Assembly: GCA_040218735.1 (NCBI GenBank)
Contig: JAVJQW010000017.1
Coordinates: 192,001 to 256,000, forward strand
From: Deltaproteobacteria bacterium
GTDB lineage: Bacteria > Myxococcota > Kuafuiibacteriia > Kuafuiibacteriales > Kuafuiibacteriaceae
Reading direction: 5' to 3'
DNA: 64,000 nucleotides
Shown here: positions 47,277-58,946 of the stretch, piece by piece
How positions within the stretch are numbered: position 1 is the stretch's first letter
Layout of the letters: each line of letters begins with the position of its first letter
The notes under the pieces: model-generated
What the model was told of the DNA's origin: nothing
Databases searched by the model: none
Seen by the model: the letters and a program-made list of their open reading frames with translations, nothing else
Translations under genes and position numbers: made by a program

Positions 47277-49589
47277 TCAGTAGCGCATGCGGGCTTCGAG
47301 GCCCCAGATGCGCGGATCCATCACGAATCCCGTGAGGTTGTTGAAGTCGATGCCGCCGGTGCGGGAGTTGTCGTCGAGGATGTTGCTCACGTACGCGGAC
47401 ATCTCGAGCTGGCCGTTGTCGCGTGTCCAGCCGACACGCAGGTCGCCGAGGATCATCGACGCGTCGGTGAACTCCTCCGACTCGTAGAGGAAGAAGTTCA
47501 CGCGGCTGCGGTACGACCAGTTCGTGAAGAAGAAGAGCGCGTTGCGCCCGTCGAGCGTCAGGTCGTAGCGCGCCGACGCGTTGAGGATGATCTTCGGCGC
47601 GTGCGGCAGCGGGTTCCCGTTGATCAACACCGTACCCATCGTCGGGCCGGGGTCGTCGAGGACGGTGCAGGGCGCACCGCAAGGCGCGAGCGCGAGGTCC
47701 GGATCTTTGATCTCGGTGTGGTTGTAGCTGAACCCGAAGTTCAGGAAGAGGCCCTTGATCGGCGCCGCCTCGCCGTCGAGCTCGAAGCCGTACCCGAGGG
47801 TGTTGTCGGCGTTGATGAGCTCGTTGAAGTTGTTCACACCACCGACCGCCGTGAGCTGCTGGTCACGCAGCGCGTAGTAGTAACCGGCGGCGTTCACACG
47901 CACGCGGTTGTCGAGGAACTCACTCTTCACGCCGGCCTCGACCGAGAGGATCTTCTCGGAGTCGGCGATCGAGATCGTGTCGCCGAACAACACGCGCCCC
48001 TGGATACTCGGTGCGCGGAAGCCGCTCGCGACGCGCCCGTAGACGTTCACGTCCTTCATGGCGCGATAACGAACGCTGCCGTCCCAGCTCACGAAGTCCG
48101 CCTTCGGATTCGCCGCGAGGCGGCCCGGGCCTGGCGCGCCGAACGGGGAGAGCGTACGCGTCGCGAGGAAGTCCTTCTCGTCGTTCGAGTAGCGCACGCC
48201 GCCGCCGATGCGGAGATCGTCGATCACGTCGTAGGTCGCGGACGCGAAGAGCGCCCACGCGTCGGTGGTCTGCCGCTGCGACGCGAAGCCGTCCTGCACG
48301 CCGCCGCCGAGGGTGTTGAAGCTGAGGGACTCGATGAACAGGCGCTCGTGGAAGTAGAAGAAGCCGGCCTGGAAGTTCACGTAGTCCCAGTCGTTCGTCG
48401 CGATGCGGATCTCCTCGCTGACCTGGAAGTGATCCGGGATGGCGTCGGCGGACTCGGAGGGGAACGGGATGTCGCCGGGGCTGCTGCCGGTGGGGAGGAA
48501 GACCGCGCCGCTTCCGCCGTCGATGTCACCGCGGCTGAAGATGTCGATCGTCTCGTAGCCGGTGATCGAAATCAGCGTGACGGGACCGAAGTCGTACTGC
48601 ACGTCACCGACGAGCCCGTACTGGGTGAGGTTCTGTTGGTTCTGACCGTCCTGCTGAACCGCGAAGCGATCGAAGTTGTCGTTCAGGTTGTCCGTGCCCG
48701 GCTCGATGATGTTCGCGCGGAAGACACGCGCCGTGCCGTCGAGCGTGTGCGCGTGGAAATTGAAGAGCGCGCGAAGCTGCGAGGTCGGGGTGAAGAGGAG
48801 CTGGAAACGCGCGGCGACATCCGAGAAATCCTCGAGCGCGTTCTGCTCCGTCGTGAACGTGTTGTCGACGTACCCATCGCGTCGTTCGTACATCACCGAG
48901 AAACGCGCCATGAGCACGTCGTCGATCATCGGGCCGCTCACTGCGCCCTCGAAGCCGGCGTACTGGAACGCGCCGTACGTGAAACGACCGTACCCTTCGA
49001 AGTCGTTCGTCGGTTTGCGCGTCTCGAACTTCACGATGCCCGCCGGCGTGTTGCGCCCGAACAGCGTGCCCTGCGGTCCACGGAGGACCTCGATGCGATC
49101 CATGTCGAAGACCGGGAAGCCTTTGATCGTCGGGTTCTCGAACACGACGCCATCGACGATCGTCGACACCGGCTGCGACGCGTTGAGGTCGAAGTCCGGA
49201 TTGCCGAGGCCGCGGATGTACAGACGCGGGAACGTCCGGCCGAACGACGACTCGATCGTGAGACTCGGCACGCGAATCGACAGGAAGCGCATGTCCGCAC
49301 CGCCGGTCCTCAGGTAATCGATCCGTTCATCACGCACTGCGGCGACGGACGTCGGAATCTCCTGGAGGTTCTCGAGTCGCTTCGTCGCCGTGACGTTGAT
49401 GACCTTCAGACCGATCAGCTCGACGAGGTCGAGATCCCCGATTCCGAGCTGTTCTTCTGTCGGTGTCGAGCTCCCGTCGCTCTCGGGCGCTTGCGCCGCT
49501 GCACGGTTCGGCAGGGCGAAGGATCCGATGAGGAGCAGGGGAGCGAGCTTCTGCAAGGCGCCTTGCGCGCGCGTTCGTGCAGCCTGCAT
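47277..49589 (-). CDS. TonB-dependent receptor
   Basis: VTATKR, IRGLG, RIEVLRGPQGTLFGRNTPAG plug motifs; C-terminal PRIWGLEARMRY. Start ATG 49589. Confidence 0.95.
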   Translation of the reverse strand: MQAARTRAQGALQKLAPLLLIGSFALPNRAAAQAPESDGSSTPTEEQLGIGDLDLVELIGLKVINVTATKRLENLQEIPTSVAAVRDERIDYLRTGGADMRFLSIRVPSLTIESSFGRTFPRLYIRGLGNPDFDLNASQPVSTIVDGVVFENPTIKGFPVFDMDRIEVLRGPQGTLFGRNTPAGIVKFETRKPTNDFEGYGRFTYGAFQYAGFEGAVSGPMIDDVLMARFSVMYERRDGYVDNTFTTEQNALEDFSDVAARFQLLFTPTSQLRALFNFHAHTLDGTARVFRANIIEPGTDNLNDNFDRFAVQQDGQNQQNLTQYGLVGDVQYDFGPVTLISITGYETIDIFSRGDIDGGSGAVFLPTGSSPGDIPFPSESADAIPDHFQVSEEIRIATNDWDYVNFQAGFFYFHERLFIESLSFNTLGGGVQDGFASQRQTTDAWALFASATYDVIDDLRIGGGVRYSNDEKDFLATRTLSPFGAPGPGRLAANPKADFVSWDGSVRYRAMKDVNVYGRVASGFRAPSIQGRVLFGDTISIADSEKILSVEAGVKSEFLDNRVRVNAAGYYYALRDQQLTAVGGVNNFNELINADNTLGYGFELDGEAAPIKGLFLNFGFSYNHTEIKDPDLALAPCGAPCTVLDDPGPTMGTVLINGNPLPHAPKIILNASARYDLTLDGRNALFFFTNWSYRSRVNFFLYESEEFTDASMILGDLRVGWTRDNGQLEMSAYVSNILDDNSRTGGIDFNNLTGFVMDPRIWGLEARMRY

Positions 49590-49828
49590 GGTGCGCGCGG
49601 AACGTAGCCCAATCCTGAACCGCGAGATAGCTCGGGGCGATGCCCCGAGCGGGTTGTGCATAGGAGTCCCGATGCGCGTCATTTACGGGAGTGGGAGCGC
49701 GCAGACGTGTACGGTGACGATGTGGGACTCCTGTCTCATGTGACAGCAAGGCGAATTGCGATCAGGGATCGTCAGGTAGATTCCCTCCAATACCTTGCCC
49801 GTGTCCGCGGCAGGGCGTAGAGCTTGGC

Positions 49829-51034
49829 GTGTTCGGCGTGGCACGACCGGGAAAAGACATCGAGCTCGCAGCCGTCGAAGACGGCGACAGCGCGTTCGGC
49901 AAGTATCGTCTCGTACGAAAGATCGCCGACGGCGGGATGGCGACGATCTATCTCGCGACGAGTGTCGGGCCCGGCGGCTTCGAGAAGCCGTGCGCCGTGA
50001 AGCGCATCCGCTCCGAGTACTCCGCCACACCTTCCTTCCGCGACATGTTGGTTCGCGAAGCCAAGGTCGCCGCGCTCTTGAACCACCCCAACATCGTGCA
50101 GGTGTTCGACTTCGGCCAGGTCGAAGACGAGTACTACCTGACCATGGAGTGGGTCGAAGGGGCGGCGCTGAGTCAGATCCTCAAACGCGCCGCGCGCAAA
50201 CGCATCCCGATCGGCCTCGGCCCCGTACTTCAGGTCACGAGCGCGCTCGCACGCGCGGTCGAGTACCTCGCCTCGGGACTCACCGTGGACGGCGTGCGAA
50301 CTCAGCTCGTTCACCGGGACATCTCACCGAGCAACGTCCTGGTCTCGAACACCGGCGTCATCAAACTCACCGACTTCGGCATCGTGAAGGTGCTCGACGC
50401 TCCGCAGGGCACGGCGGCCGGAGTCATCAAAGGCAAGTACGCGTACATGTCACCCGAGCAGCTCCGCGGCGAGCCGCTCGATTCACGGTCCGATGTCTTC
50501 TCACTCGGCGTGGTCATGTACGAAGCGCTGACGAAGAAGCGGCTCTTCCGTCGTGACGACGTCGCGTCGACGATCGCCGCGGTGCTCGGTGGATCCGTTC
50601 CGCGGCCGTCCACGATCGCGGGCGACATCCCGGCCGAAGTCGACGAGCTCGTCTTGGCGATGTTGTCGAAGCGCGCGGCCGAGCGCCCGAGCGCGAGTGA
50701 AGTCCGCGCACGCGTCGACGCGCTCGCCAGCGAACACGGCGCGCGAGGCACGGATCGCCTCGCGACGCTCGCACGCGGCGACAACGAAGCGGACAACGAC
50801 GACCCGAGCTTCGCCCAGGCGTCGACCGCGCTGCTCGGCGACGTCCCGCTGATCCCCACGGCCTCCGACGCACCCGCCGTGATGCCGGACCTCGCGAGCG
50901 CCTATCCTTCCCAGACCTCGATCCACATGCACGGCGCGCCCGCGAGCCCGAACACCGCGGCGTGGTGGGCGCTGGCCATCGTGCTGTTGGCGATCACCAG
51001 CACCCTCGCCTTCTGGGCGTTCGTGCTGAGCTGA
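49829..51034 (+). CDS. Hanks-type Ser/Thr protein kinase with C-terminal TM helix
   Basis: GGMA.IY.A, AVK, HPNIVQVFDFG, HRDISPSN, DFG, GKYAYMSPEQ. Confidence 0.95.
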   Translation: MFGVARPGKDIELAAVEDGDSAFGKYRLVRKIADGGMATIYLATSVGPGGFEKPCAVKRIRSEYSATPSFRDMLVREAKVAALLNHPNIVQVFDFGQVEDEYYLTMEWVEGAALSQILKRAARKRIPIGLGPVLQVTSALARAVEYLASGLTVDGVRTQLVHRDISPSNVLVSNTGVIKLTDFGIVKVLDAPQGTAAGVIKGKYAYMSPEQLRGEPLDSRSDVFSLGVVMYEALTKKRLFRRDDVASTIAAVLGGSVPRPSTIAGDIPAEVDELVLAMLSKRAAERPSASEVRARVDALASEHGARGTDRLATLARGDNEADNDDPSFAQASTALLGDVPLIPTASDAPAVMPDLASAYPSQTSIHMHGAPASPNTAAWWALAIVLLAITSTLAFWAFVLS

Positions 51035-51051
51035 GGAGAGACCCCGTCGTC

Positions 51052-52593
51052 ATGACCGGAGTGATCCACCCGCAACCCCCACCACCCCAGCGCCCCTGGC
51101 TCCCGATCGCGGTCGTCATGGCGCTGCTGATCGTGGCCGGCAACATCGTCGGGTACATCCTCTACGCCAAGCCCGACCCCACGCAGCCCACGCCCGCCGC
51201 GTCGGTGACCGCGCCGCCCGAGCGCGACACCCCCGACGAGCCGAAGACCACACCCACCACCTCGCTCGCCGAAGAGCAACGCGAGGCCGGCGTCCGCGCG
51301 CTGCGTGAAGGCAAGTACGCCAAGGCGATCGCGAGCTTCGAAGCCGCGATCAAGCTCGACCCGAAGGTCGCCGACGCCGCGGTCCTCCTCGACGTCGCGA
51401 AGAACCTCCAGGAGGCGGAGGCTCAGGACGAAATCGCCGACGAGACCGAGACCGTCGCCGAGGTGACGCCCCAACCGCGCACCGAGCCGACCCGCCGCCG
51501 TCGTGTCCGGCGAACGCCGCGACGCCGCCGACGTGTGCAGCGCGAGGTCTCGGTCGAGCCCGAGACCGGGATGCTCGCGGTGACGACGGTGCCCGCTGCG
51601 CTGACCGTCGAGGTCGACGACTTCGATCCGCAGACCTCGCCGGTGGAGCTCGACCTCGAACCCGGCCCGCACGACGTCCGCATCCTGAAGGACGGCGAGG
51701 TCCTCGAGACACAGCGCGTGGTGATCAACGCCGACCAGCGCACGAAGATCGAACGCGACTTCTCCGGTCGACTCGCGCGCGCCGCCGCGCCGCCGCCGCC
51801 TCCGCCCGCCGCGCCGCCGCCGCCGACCGACGGCGTGAGCAAGGACGAGGAGCTGGATCTCGTGGCGCTCCTCGATCGCGACCAGCCCAAGGAGACACCC
51901 GCGGCGCGCACGACCACCACGGAGACCCCGACGCGGGACGGGAGCGCGCTGACGCCCACACCCGCCGCGGCGTCCCCGCGGCTCGTGGTGTTCTGGCCGG
52001 GCCGTTCGAGCTCGACGCTGGAGCAGTCGATGCGCTCCGAGATGGGGGGCGTCGACGTCCGCGTCGTGACGCGCACCGGCGATCTGCGGCGTGCGCTGTC
52101 GTCGCCGACCGACGCGGTGATGGCGTCGCCGTACGTGCTGCGGAGCAACGGGCTCGCGCCGTCGATGTCGGCGAAGGCCAACGGGTCGGGCCGCTACTTC
52201 GCGGTGTCGCTCGAACAGACGCCGGTGAAGGCGCAGATCGCCAACCAGACGATCGGCGTCGTCGACGAGCTCGGACGCAATGCGATGCCCGCCTTCGTGC
52301 AGAAGCTGCTCGGGAGCTCACGCCAGCCGCGGCTGCGACGCGTGACGAAGGTGGAGGATCTCCTCCCGCTGTTGCAGTTCTCGATTGCGAAGACCGTCCT
52401 GGTCAAGGAACGTGACTTCTCCGTGCTCGAGAAGCGCACGCAGCGAAAGCTCCACACGTTGCCGCTCAGCGCGAGCGCGACGCCGCTCGCGGTCGCGTTC
52501 GCGGACGGCGGGCGACGCGCGGTCGTGGAGCGCGCGGTGCGCGGCATGGGTAATCAGTCGAAGCAGTCATTGGGGGTGGATTCGTGGCGCTGA
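51052..52593 (+). CDS. Membrane-anchored protein: TPR-like + PEGA + C-terminal periplasmic-binding-like domain
   Basis: N-terminal TM; A.A.FEAA.KLDP; G.L.V.T.PA...V.VD....SP..L.L.PG.H.V.I (PEGA); RVTKVEDLLPLL. Confidence 0.75.
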   Translation: MTGVIHPQPPPPQRPWLPIAVVMALLIVAGNIVGYILYAKPDPTQPTPAASVTAPPERDTPDEPKTTPTTSLAEEQREAGVRALREGKYAKAIASFEAAIKLDPKVADAAVLLDVAKNLQEAEAQDEIADETETVAEVTPQPRTEPTRRRRVRRTPRRRRRVQREVSVEPETGMLAVTTVPAALTVEVDDFDPQTSPVELDLEPGPHDVRILKDGEVLETQRVVINADQRTKIERDFSGRLARAAAPPPPPPAAPPPPTDGVSKDEELDLVALLDRDQPKETPAARTTTTETPTRDGSALTPTPAAASPRLVVFWPGRSSSTLEQSMRSEMGGVDVRVVTRTGDLRRALSSPTDAVMASPYVLRSNGLAPSMSAKANGSGRYFAVSLEQTPVKAQIANQTIGVVDELGRNAMPAFVQKLLGSSRQPRLRRVTKVEDLLPLLQFSIAKTVLVKERDFSVLEKRTQRKLHTLPLSASATPLAVAFADGGRRAVVERAVRGMGNQSKQSLGVDSWR

Positions 52594-53588
52594 AGCGCAT
52601 CGTCATCGTAGCGGCGCTCGCAGCCTTGGCTGCCTGCGCGCCCAAGCGAACGGAGCGCGAGAGCTCCTTCGCGGACCTCCAGTTCGCACGGCGTGCAGAG
52701 GTCCCCGCCATCCTGACCTTGATGCCGGACTCCCCGTCGGCGCGCGCGACGTACGACGGCATGGTCGACGAGCTCGGCGCCGACTTCGACCTCGTCCCGC
52801 GCATCGTGACGCGCAAGACGTCCGTCGAGGAGCTCGCGCAGATCATCGGCGACGTGAAGCCGAAGGCGATCGTCGTGATGAACAACCCGACGCTGCGTCT
52901 GTACCGGCAGTATCAAATCGCCCGGCCCGCGGCGAAGCGCACGCCGGTGATCGCGGTGCTGACCTCGTTCCTGCGTGAGTCCTCCGAGGGCGTGCAGAAC
53001 CTGACCGGCGTCATCTACGAAGTCCCGCTCGTCACGAGCCTCGTCAACCTGCGCACGATCCTGAAGCAGCCGCTGAAGCGCGTCGGCGTCCTCCACCGGC
53101 CGATCTTCGGGAAGTTCATCGAAGAGCAGCGCAAGCTCGCGCAGACGGAGGGCTTCGAGCTGGTTGGCATCGAGGTCTCCGGCAAGAAGCGCTCCGAGAT
53201 CCGCGAAGGCCTGCGCGACCTCCGCAACGAGAAGGGCGTCGACGCCATCTGGGTGCTGAACGACAACGTCCTCCTCGACCGCGAGATGCTCCGCAAGGGC
53301 TGGCTGCCCGCGCTGCGCCGCAACCGCACGCCGGTCGTCGTGAACGTCCGCTCGCTCCTCTCGCGCGACGTGGACTTCGGGACCTTCGCCGTCCTCCCGG
53401 ACCACAACGCCCTCGGCACGCAGGCCGGGCAGCTGATCGGCAACATCGCCGCCACCAACTGGCAGGTCGACGGCGCCGGGTTCGAGTATCCGCTCTCCGT
53501 CGAGAAGGTCCTCGACGTCACGTTCGCGCGCCGCTACCTCGAGATCGAGGAGCAGCAGCTCGCCACCATCGACCAGCTCGTCGAGTAG
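52584..53588 (+). CDS. ABC-type substrate-binding-like lipoprotein
   Basis: Lipobox ALAAC; NLTGV.YEVP, RVGVL, VDAIWVLND, G.QAG. Confidence 0.75.
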   Translation: MALKRIVIVAALAALAACAPKRTERESSFADLQFARRAEVPAILTLMPDSPSARATYDGMVDELGADFDLVPRIVTRKTSVEELAQIIGDVKPKAIVVMNNPTLRLYRQYQIARPAAKRTPVIAVLTSFLRESSEGVQNLTGVIYEVPLVTSLVNLRTILKQPLKRVGVLHRPIFGKFIEEQRKLAQTEGFELVGIEVSGKKRSEIREGLRDLRNEKGVDAIWVLNDNVLLDREMLRKGWLPALRRNRTPVVVNVRSLLSRDVDFGTFAVLPDHNALGTQAGQLIGNIAATNWQVDGAGFEYPLSVEKVLDVTFARRYLEIEEQQLATIDQLVE

Positions 53589-55127
53589 TCAACGCTTCGA
53601 GGCCGACGTCTCGCGGCCGATCTTGCGTTCGTCCAGCCGACGAATCGCGTCGAACAGCGCCGCCTGCGTCGCCACGCCCACACCCGACGGGAGCTCCGCG
53701 TCGGCGGCGGCGCGGGAGAAACGTGCGCGGCCCTCCGTCAGCGGGACGAGCGCGACGAGACCGCGCACCACGGAGCGACTCACGGCCATCGCGACGGCGC
53801 CGACGTCGACCTCCTCGGCCTCGCAGATCGCACGAAGCCCTTCGAGGTCCGGCTCGTCGTCGTCGGCGCGCTCCGCGAGCGCCTTGTCGACGCCGAGACC
53901 GCCGAGCCGCTCCGCGAGCGAGAGGCCCCCGGGCAGCGACACCGCGAGCAGGAGGCCGGCGTTCATCGTGACGCGCGCGACGCCCTCCTCCATCGTCAGC
54001 TCCAACACTCCAGACGATCCGTTCTGCGCGAGGAACTCGAGCAGCTCGGGGAGGGAGAAGATCTTCAGGTCGACGTCGAGCTCGTTGGACTCGGGCACCG
54101 ACGACTGTTTGCCGCTCACCGCGCCGAGCACGTCGGAGAGCACGGCGCGAACCTCGGGGTCGTTCGGTTCGTCGGCCGCCGCGCGGAGCAGGTGGGTCGC
54201 GGCTTCCTCGTTGCGACCGACACGCGCGAGCGCGCGACCGAAGTGGAACGCGCTCCGCGGCGGCGGCGGCGAAGAAGAGATCGCGCGGCTGAAGGCGTCG
54301 AGGGCGTCCGTGTTCCGGCCGAGCGCCTCCATCGCGATCCCACGCTGCAGCGCCACCAACCCCGACGTCGAATGTTCACCCTCGAGGTTCGCCAACGCCG
54401 CGAGCGCGGCGTCCGGGCGACCACACGCGTTGAACCCGACCGCGAGCCGCACGGCGTTCGGCGGGTTCACGACGCCCACGCGTTGCGCGGCGTCGAGCGC
54501 CGCGGTCGCGCGAGCCACGTCGCCCTCCGCGAGCGCGGTCTCCGCGAGCGCGAGGGCGGTCTCCGCGTCCTCGGGCTCCATCGCGAAGAGCTGTTCGAGC
54601 AACGTCCGTGCGCGGGCGATGTCCCCGGTGCGACGGTGCAGGTCGGCGGCGAGGCGCAGCTCCTCCTCCGTCGCGGTCCCCTCCGCGGCGCGCTCGGCGT
54701 GCGGGAGCGCCTCGTCGAAACGCTCTTGTGCATAGAGCGCGCGAGCGAGTGATGCGTGCAGTGCACGATCGTTCGGCAGATGAATGAGCCCGCGTCGCGC
54801 TTCCATCTCGGCGGCTTCCGGCTCGCGATCGCGCAGCCACACGCGGCTCAACGACAGCTCACCCCCACCGAAGCCGGGCGCGAGCCGGCAGACCTGGCGA
54901 TACGCGTCCACCGCGCCGTCGATCGCCTCCGCGCGCTCCAGGGTTCGGCCGATCTCCAGCCACACCGAAGCGTCACCCTTCGCGACGCCGGCCGCGCGCT
55001 GCAGCACGTGACGTCCGGGGTGCAACGCACCACCGTCGATCAACGCACGCGCGAGATCGAGCCACGGCCACGGATCGTCGGGGGACGTCTCCGCGGTCCG
55101 CGCGAGGTCTTCGAGCTGATCGGACAC
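53589..55127 (-). CDS. TPR protein with C-terminal DUF4388-like domain
   Basis: Multiple TPR-like repeats; DL..FSLPELLEFLA....SGVLEL ... L.DA.RRLDE. Confidence 0.8.
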   Translation of the reverse strand: MSDQLEDLARTAETSPDDPWPWLDLARALIDGGALHPGRHVLQRAAGVAKGDASVWLEIGRTLERAEAIDGAVDAYRQVCRLAPGFGGGELSLSRVWLRDREPEAAEMEARRGLIHLPNDRALHASLARALYAQERFDEALPHAERAAEGTATEEELRLAADLHRRTGDIARARTLLEQLFAMEPEDAETALALAETALAEGDVARATAALDAAQRVGVVNPPNAVRLAVGFNACGRPDAALAALANLEGEHSTSGLVALQRGIAMEALGRNTDALDAFSRAISSSPPPPRSAFHFGRALARVGRNEEAATHLLRAAADEPNDPEVRAVLSDVLGAVSGKQSSVPESNELDVDLKIFSLPELLEFLAQNGSSGVLELTMEEGVARVTMNAGLLLAVSLPGGLSLAERLGGLGVDKALAERADDDEPDLEGLRAICEAEEVDVGAVAMAVSRSVVRGLVALVPLTEGRARFSRAAADAELPSGVGVATQAALFDAIRRLDERKIGRETSASKR

Positions 55128-55254
55128 CGGCGGCGCACCTTAACAACGGGAGCGCACCCGGCGGAAGCGCGGGATCGCACGCGCCAGGTGGGTGTTCGGT
55201 TTTGTCGCTAGTCCGTGGTTTTCCGCAAGTGATCTTGCGGCCGGCCCCCCGGCC

Positions 55255-57270
<2,016 letters not shown>

Positions 57271-57340
57271 GGTTCGCCTCCTAGTACGGGGGCGATTTCG
57301 CTGGCAAGAACGCCGCGCCTTGGTGATGCTGGACGCCCGG

Positions 57341-58936
57341 ATGCGCCTCGCTATCGCCGTCATGGTGGGGCTGGCCGTCGTAGCCACCGTGCTCGTGCCC
57401 CAGCCCGTCCAGGCCCAGGACTGGACCTCGATCCGCGGGATCCGCGTGGTCGCCAACGTGCGAGGCAAGGATCGGCGCTACAGGAACGCCGTGGGGCGCC
57501 CGATCCGGCGCCGGCTCGTGGAGGCGATCGGGCCGCTGGTCCCCTCCCGAGAGTTCGAACGCGCGAAGAAGAAGCTGCGCCTGCGCGGCGTCCGCGCAAA
57601 CAGCCCGAAGAACCTCGCCCGCGTCGGCCTCGAGCTCGGCGCCGAGCACATCATCGACGTGTACGTGAAGCGCCGCCGCCGGGGCGCCGAGGTCCGCACG
57701 CGGATCGTCGACGTCGCGACGTCCGAGATCGCGTTCGAGCAGCGGACCAGCCTGAAGAGCGTGAAACGCGAAGCCAAGAAGGCCGGCCGCGACATCGGCA
57801 CCGAGGTCATCGCGAAGCTCCAGGAGATCACGAACGCCTACGGCGGCTCCGTGACCGCGTCCGCGCCACCGCCTTCCCCGCCTCCTCCCCCGCCGGCCGA
57901 GGACGAGCCCGCGCCGTTCGCGGGTGACCCGGCCGTCCTGCCCGAGACCCGCATCACCGCGAGCCCAGAGCCACCGCCTCCGCCGCCCGCCGGCGGGGAC
58001 CCGTACGCGGGGATCGACGACCCGATCGCGCCGTCCGTGTCGACCGAGAAGAAGGACGAAGGCGGCGTGAAGTGGTTCTCGCCGAAGGGTGAGGAGCAGG
58101 CCCCGCCCCCGACCAACACCGCGTCGCTCGACGATCCGCCACCGCCGACCGAAGGCGGCGCGAAGCGGGTGTGGTTCGAGCCGCCGCCGCCCGAAGAGAC
58201 GGAGCCCTCCGAGTTCGTGCGCGTCGGGGTGCAGGGAGGCGCAGGGGTCCTGCGCAGTTACACCCTCGCGACGAACGAGGGTTCATCGGCGCTGTCGTAC
58301 ACACTCGATCCGCTGAGCATGCTCGCGTTCGACTTCGAGCTGATCGTCCCGAAGGCCAACGTCGGTCTGCGCATCGACGCGGCGTTCCGTCCGGTCGCCT
58401 ACTCGATCGATCGCGGGGAGGACGGCACCACGTTCCCGTCGGGCCTGCTGATCGACTTCATGGGCGCCGTGAACTACCACGCGGAGGTCCTCGGCTCCGG
58501 ACGCAACGCGCTGAAGGTCATCCCGAACGCGGGCGTGCGCGTGGCGGCCGCCAACGTCGAGCAACACGCGGGCAACATCATCCCGTCGGCGACGGGCGTC
58601 GGTGTGTTCATCGGCACGGACGTGCGCTACCCGATCAACGACCTCTTCGAGGTCGAGGGCGGCGCGTTCTTCGGCTTGGTGGTGGCGTACGACGAGACGC
58701 CCCTCGCGTCGGGGAACGCCAACGGTGGCTTCACGGCCGGCGGGCGCGTCGGGATGCGCGTCTGGGTCACGCCGTACTTGGGCATCACGTTCGACAACGT
58801 GCTGAGCTACGACGCGATCTCGTTCTCGGACTCACCCGAGCGGCCCCTCCCCCCAGACGAGGAGGGTCGGATATCGGACGCCTCGATCACGATCTTCGAT
58901 GTACGATCTTCCGCGGGCATCGCGTTCCGCTTCTGA
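57341..58936 (+). CDS. Exported protein: basic N-domain, Pro-rich linker, C-terminal outer-membrane beta-barrel-like domain
   Basis: Signal peptide ending VQA-QD, PPPPP tracts, terminal GIAFRF. Start 57326 or 57341. Confidence 0.72.
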   Translation: MRLAIAVMVGLAVVATVLVPQPVQAQDWTSIRGIRVVANVRGKDRRYRNAVGRPIRRRLVEAIGPLVPSREFERAKKKLRLRGVRANSPKNLARVGLELGAEHIIDVYVKRRRRGAEVRTRIVDVATSEIAFEQRTSLKSVKREAKKAGRDIGTEVIAKLQEITNAYGGSVTASAPPPSPPPPPPAEDEPAPFAGDPAVLPETRITASPEPPPPPPAGGDPYAGIDDPIAPSVSTEKKDEGGVKWFSPKGEEQAPPPTNTASLDDPPPPTEGGAKRVWFEPPPPEETEPSEFVRVGVQGGAGVLRSYTLATNEGSSALSYTLDPLSMLAFDFELIVPKANVGLRIDAAFRPVAYSIDRGEDGTTFPSGLLIDFMGAVNYHAEVLGSGRNALKVIPNAGVRVAAANVEQHAGNIIPSATGVGVFIGTDVRYPINDLFEVEGGAFFGLVVAYDETPLASGNANGGFTAGGRVGMRVWVTPYLGITFDNVLSYDAISFSDSPERPLPPDEEGRISDASITIFDVRSSAGIAFRF

Positions 58937-58946
58937 GCTCTTCGTC

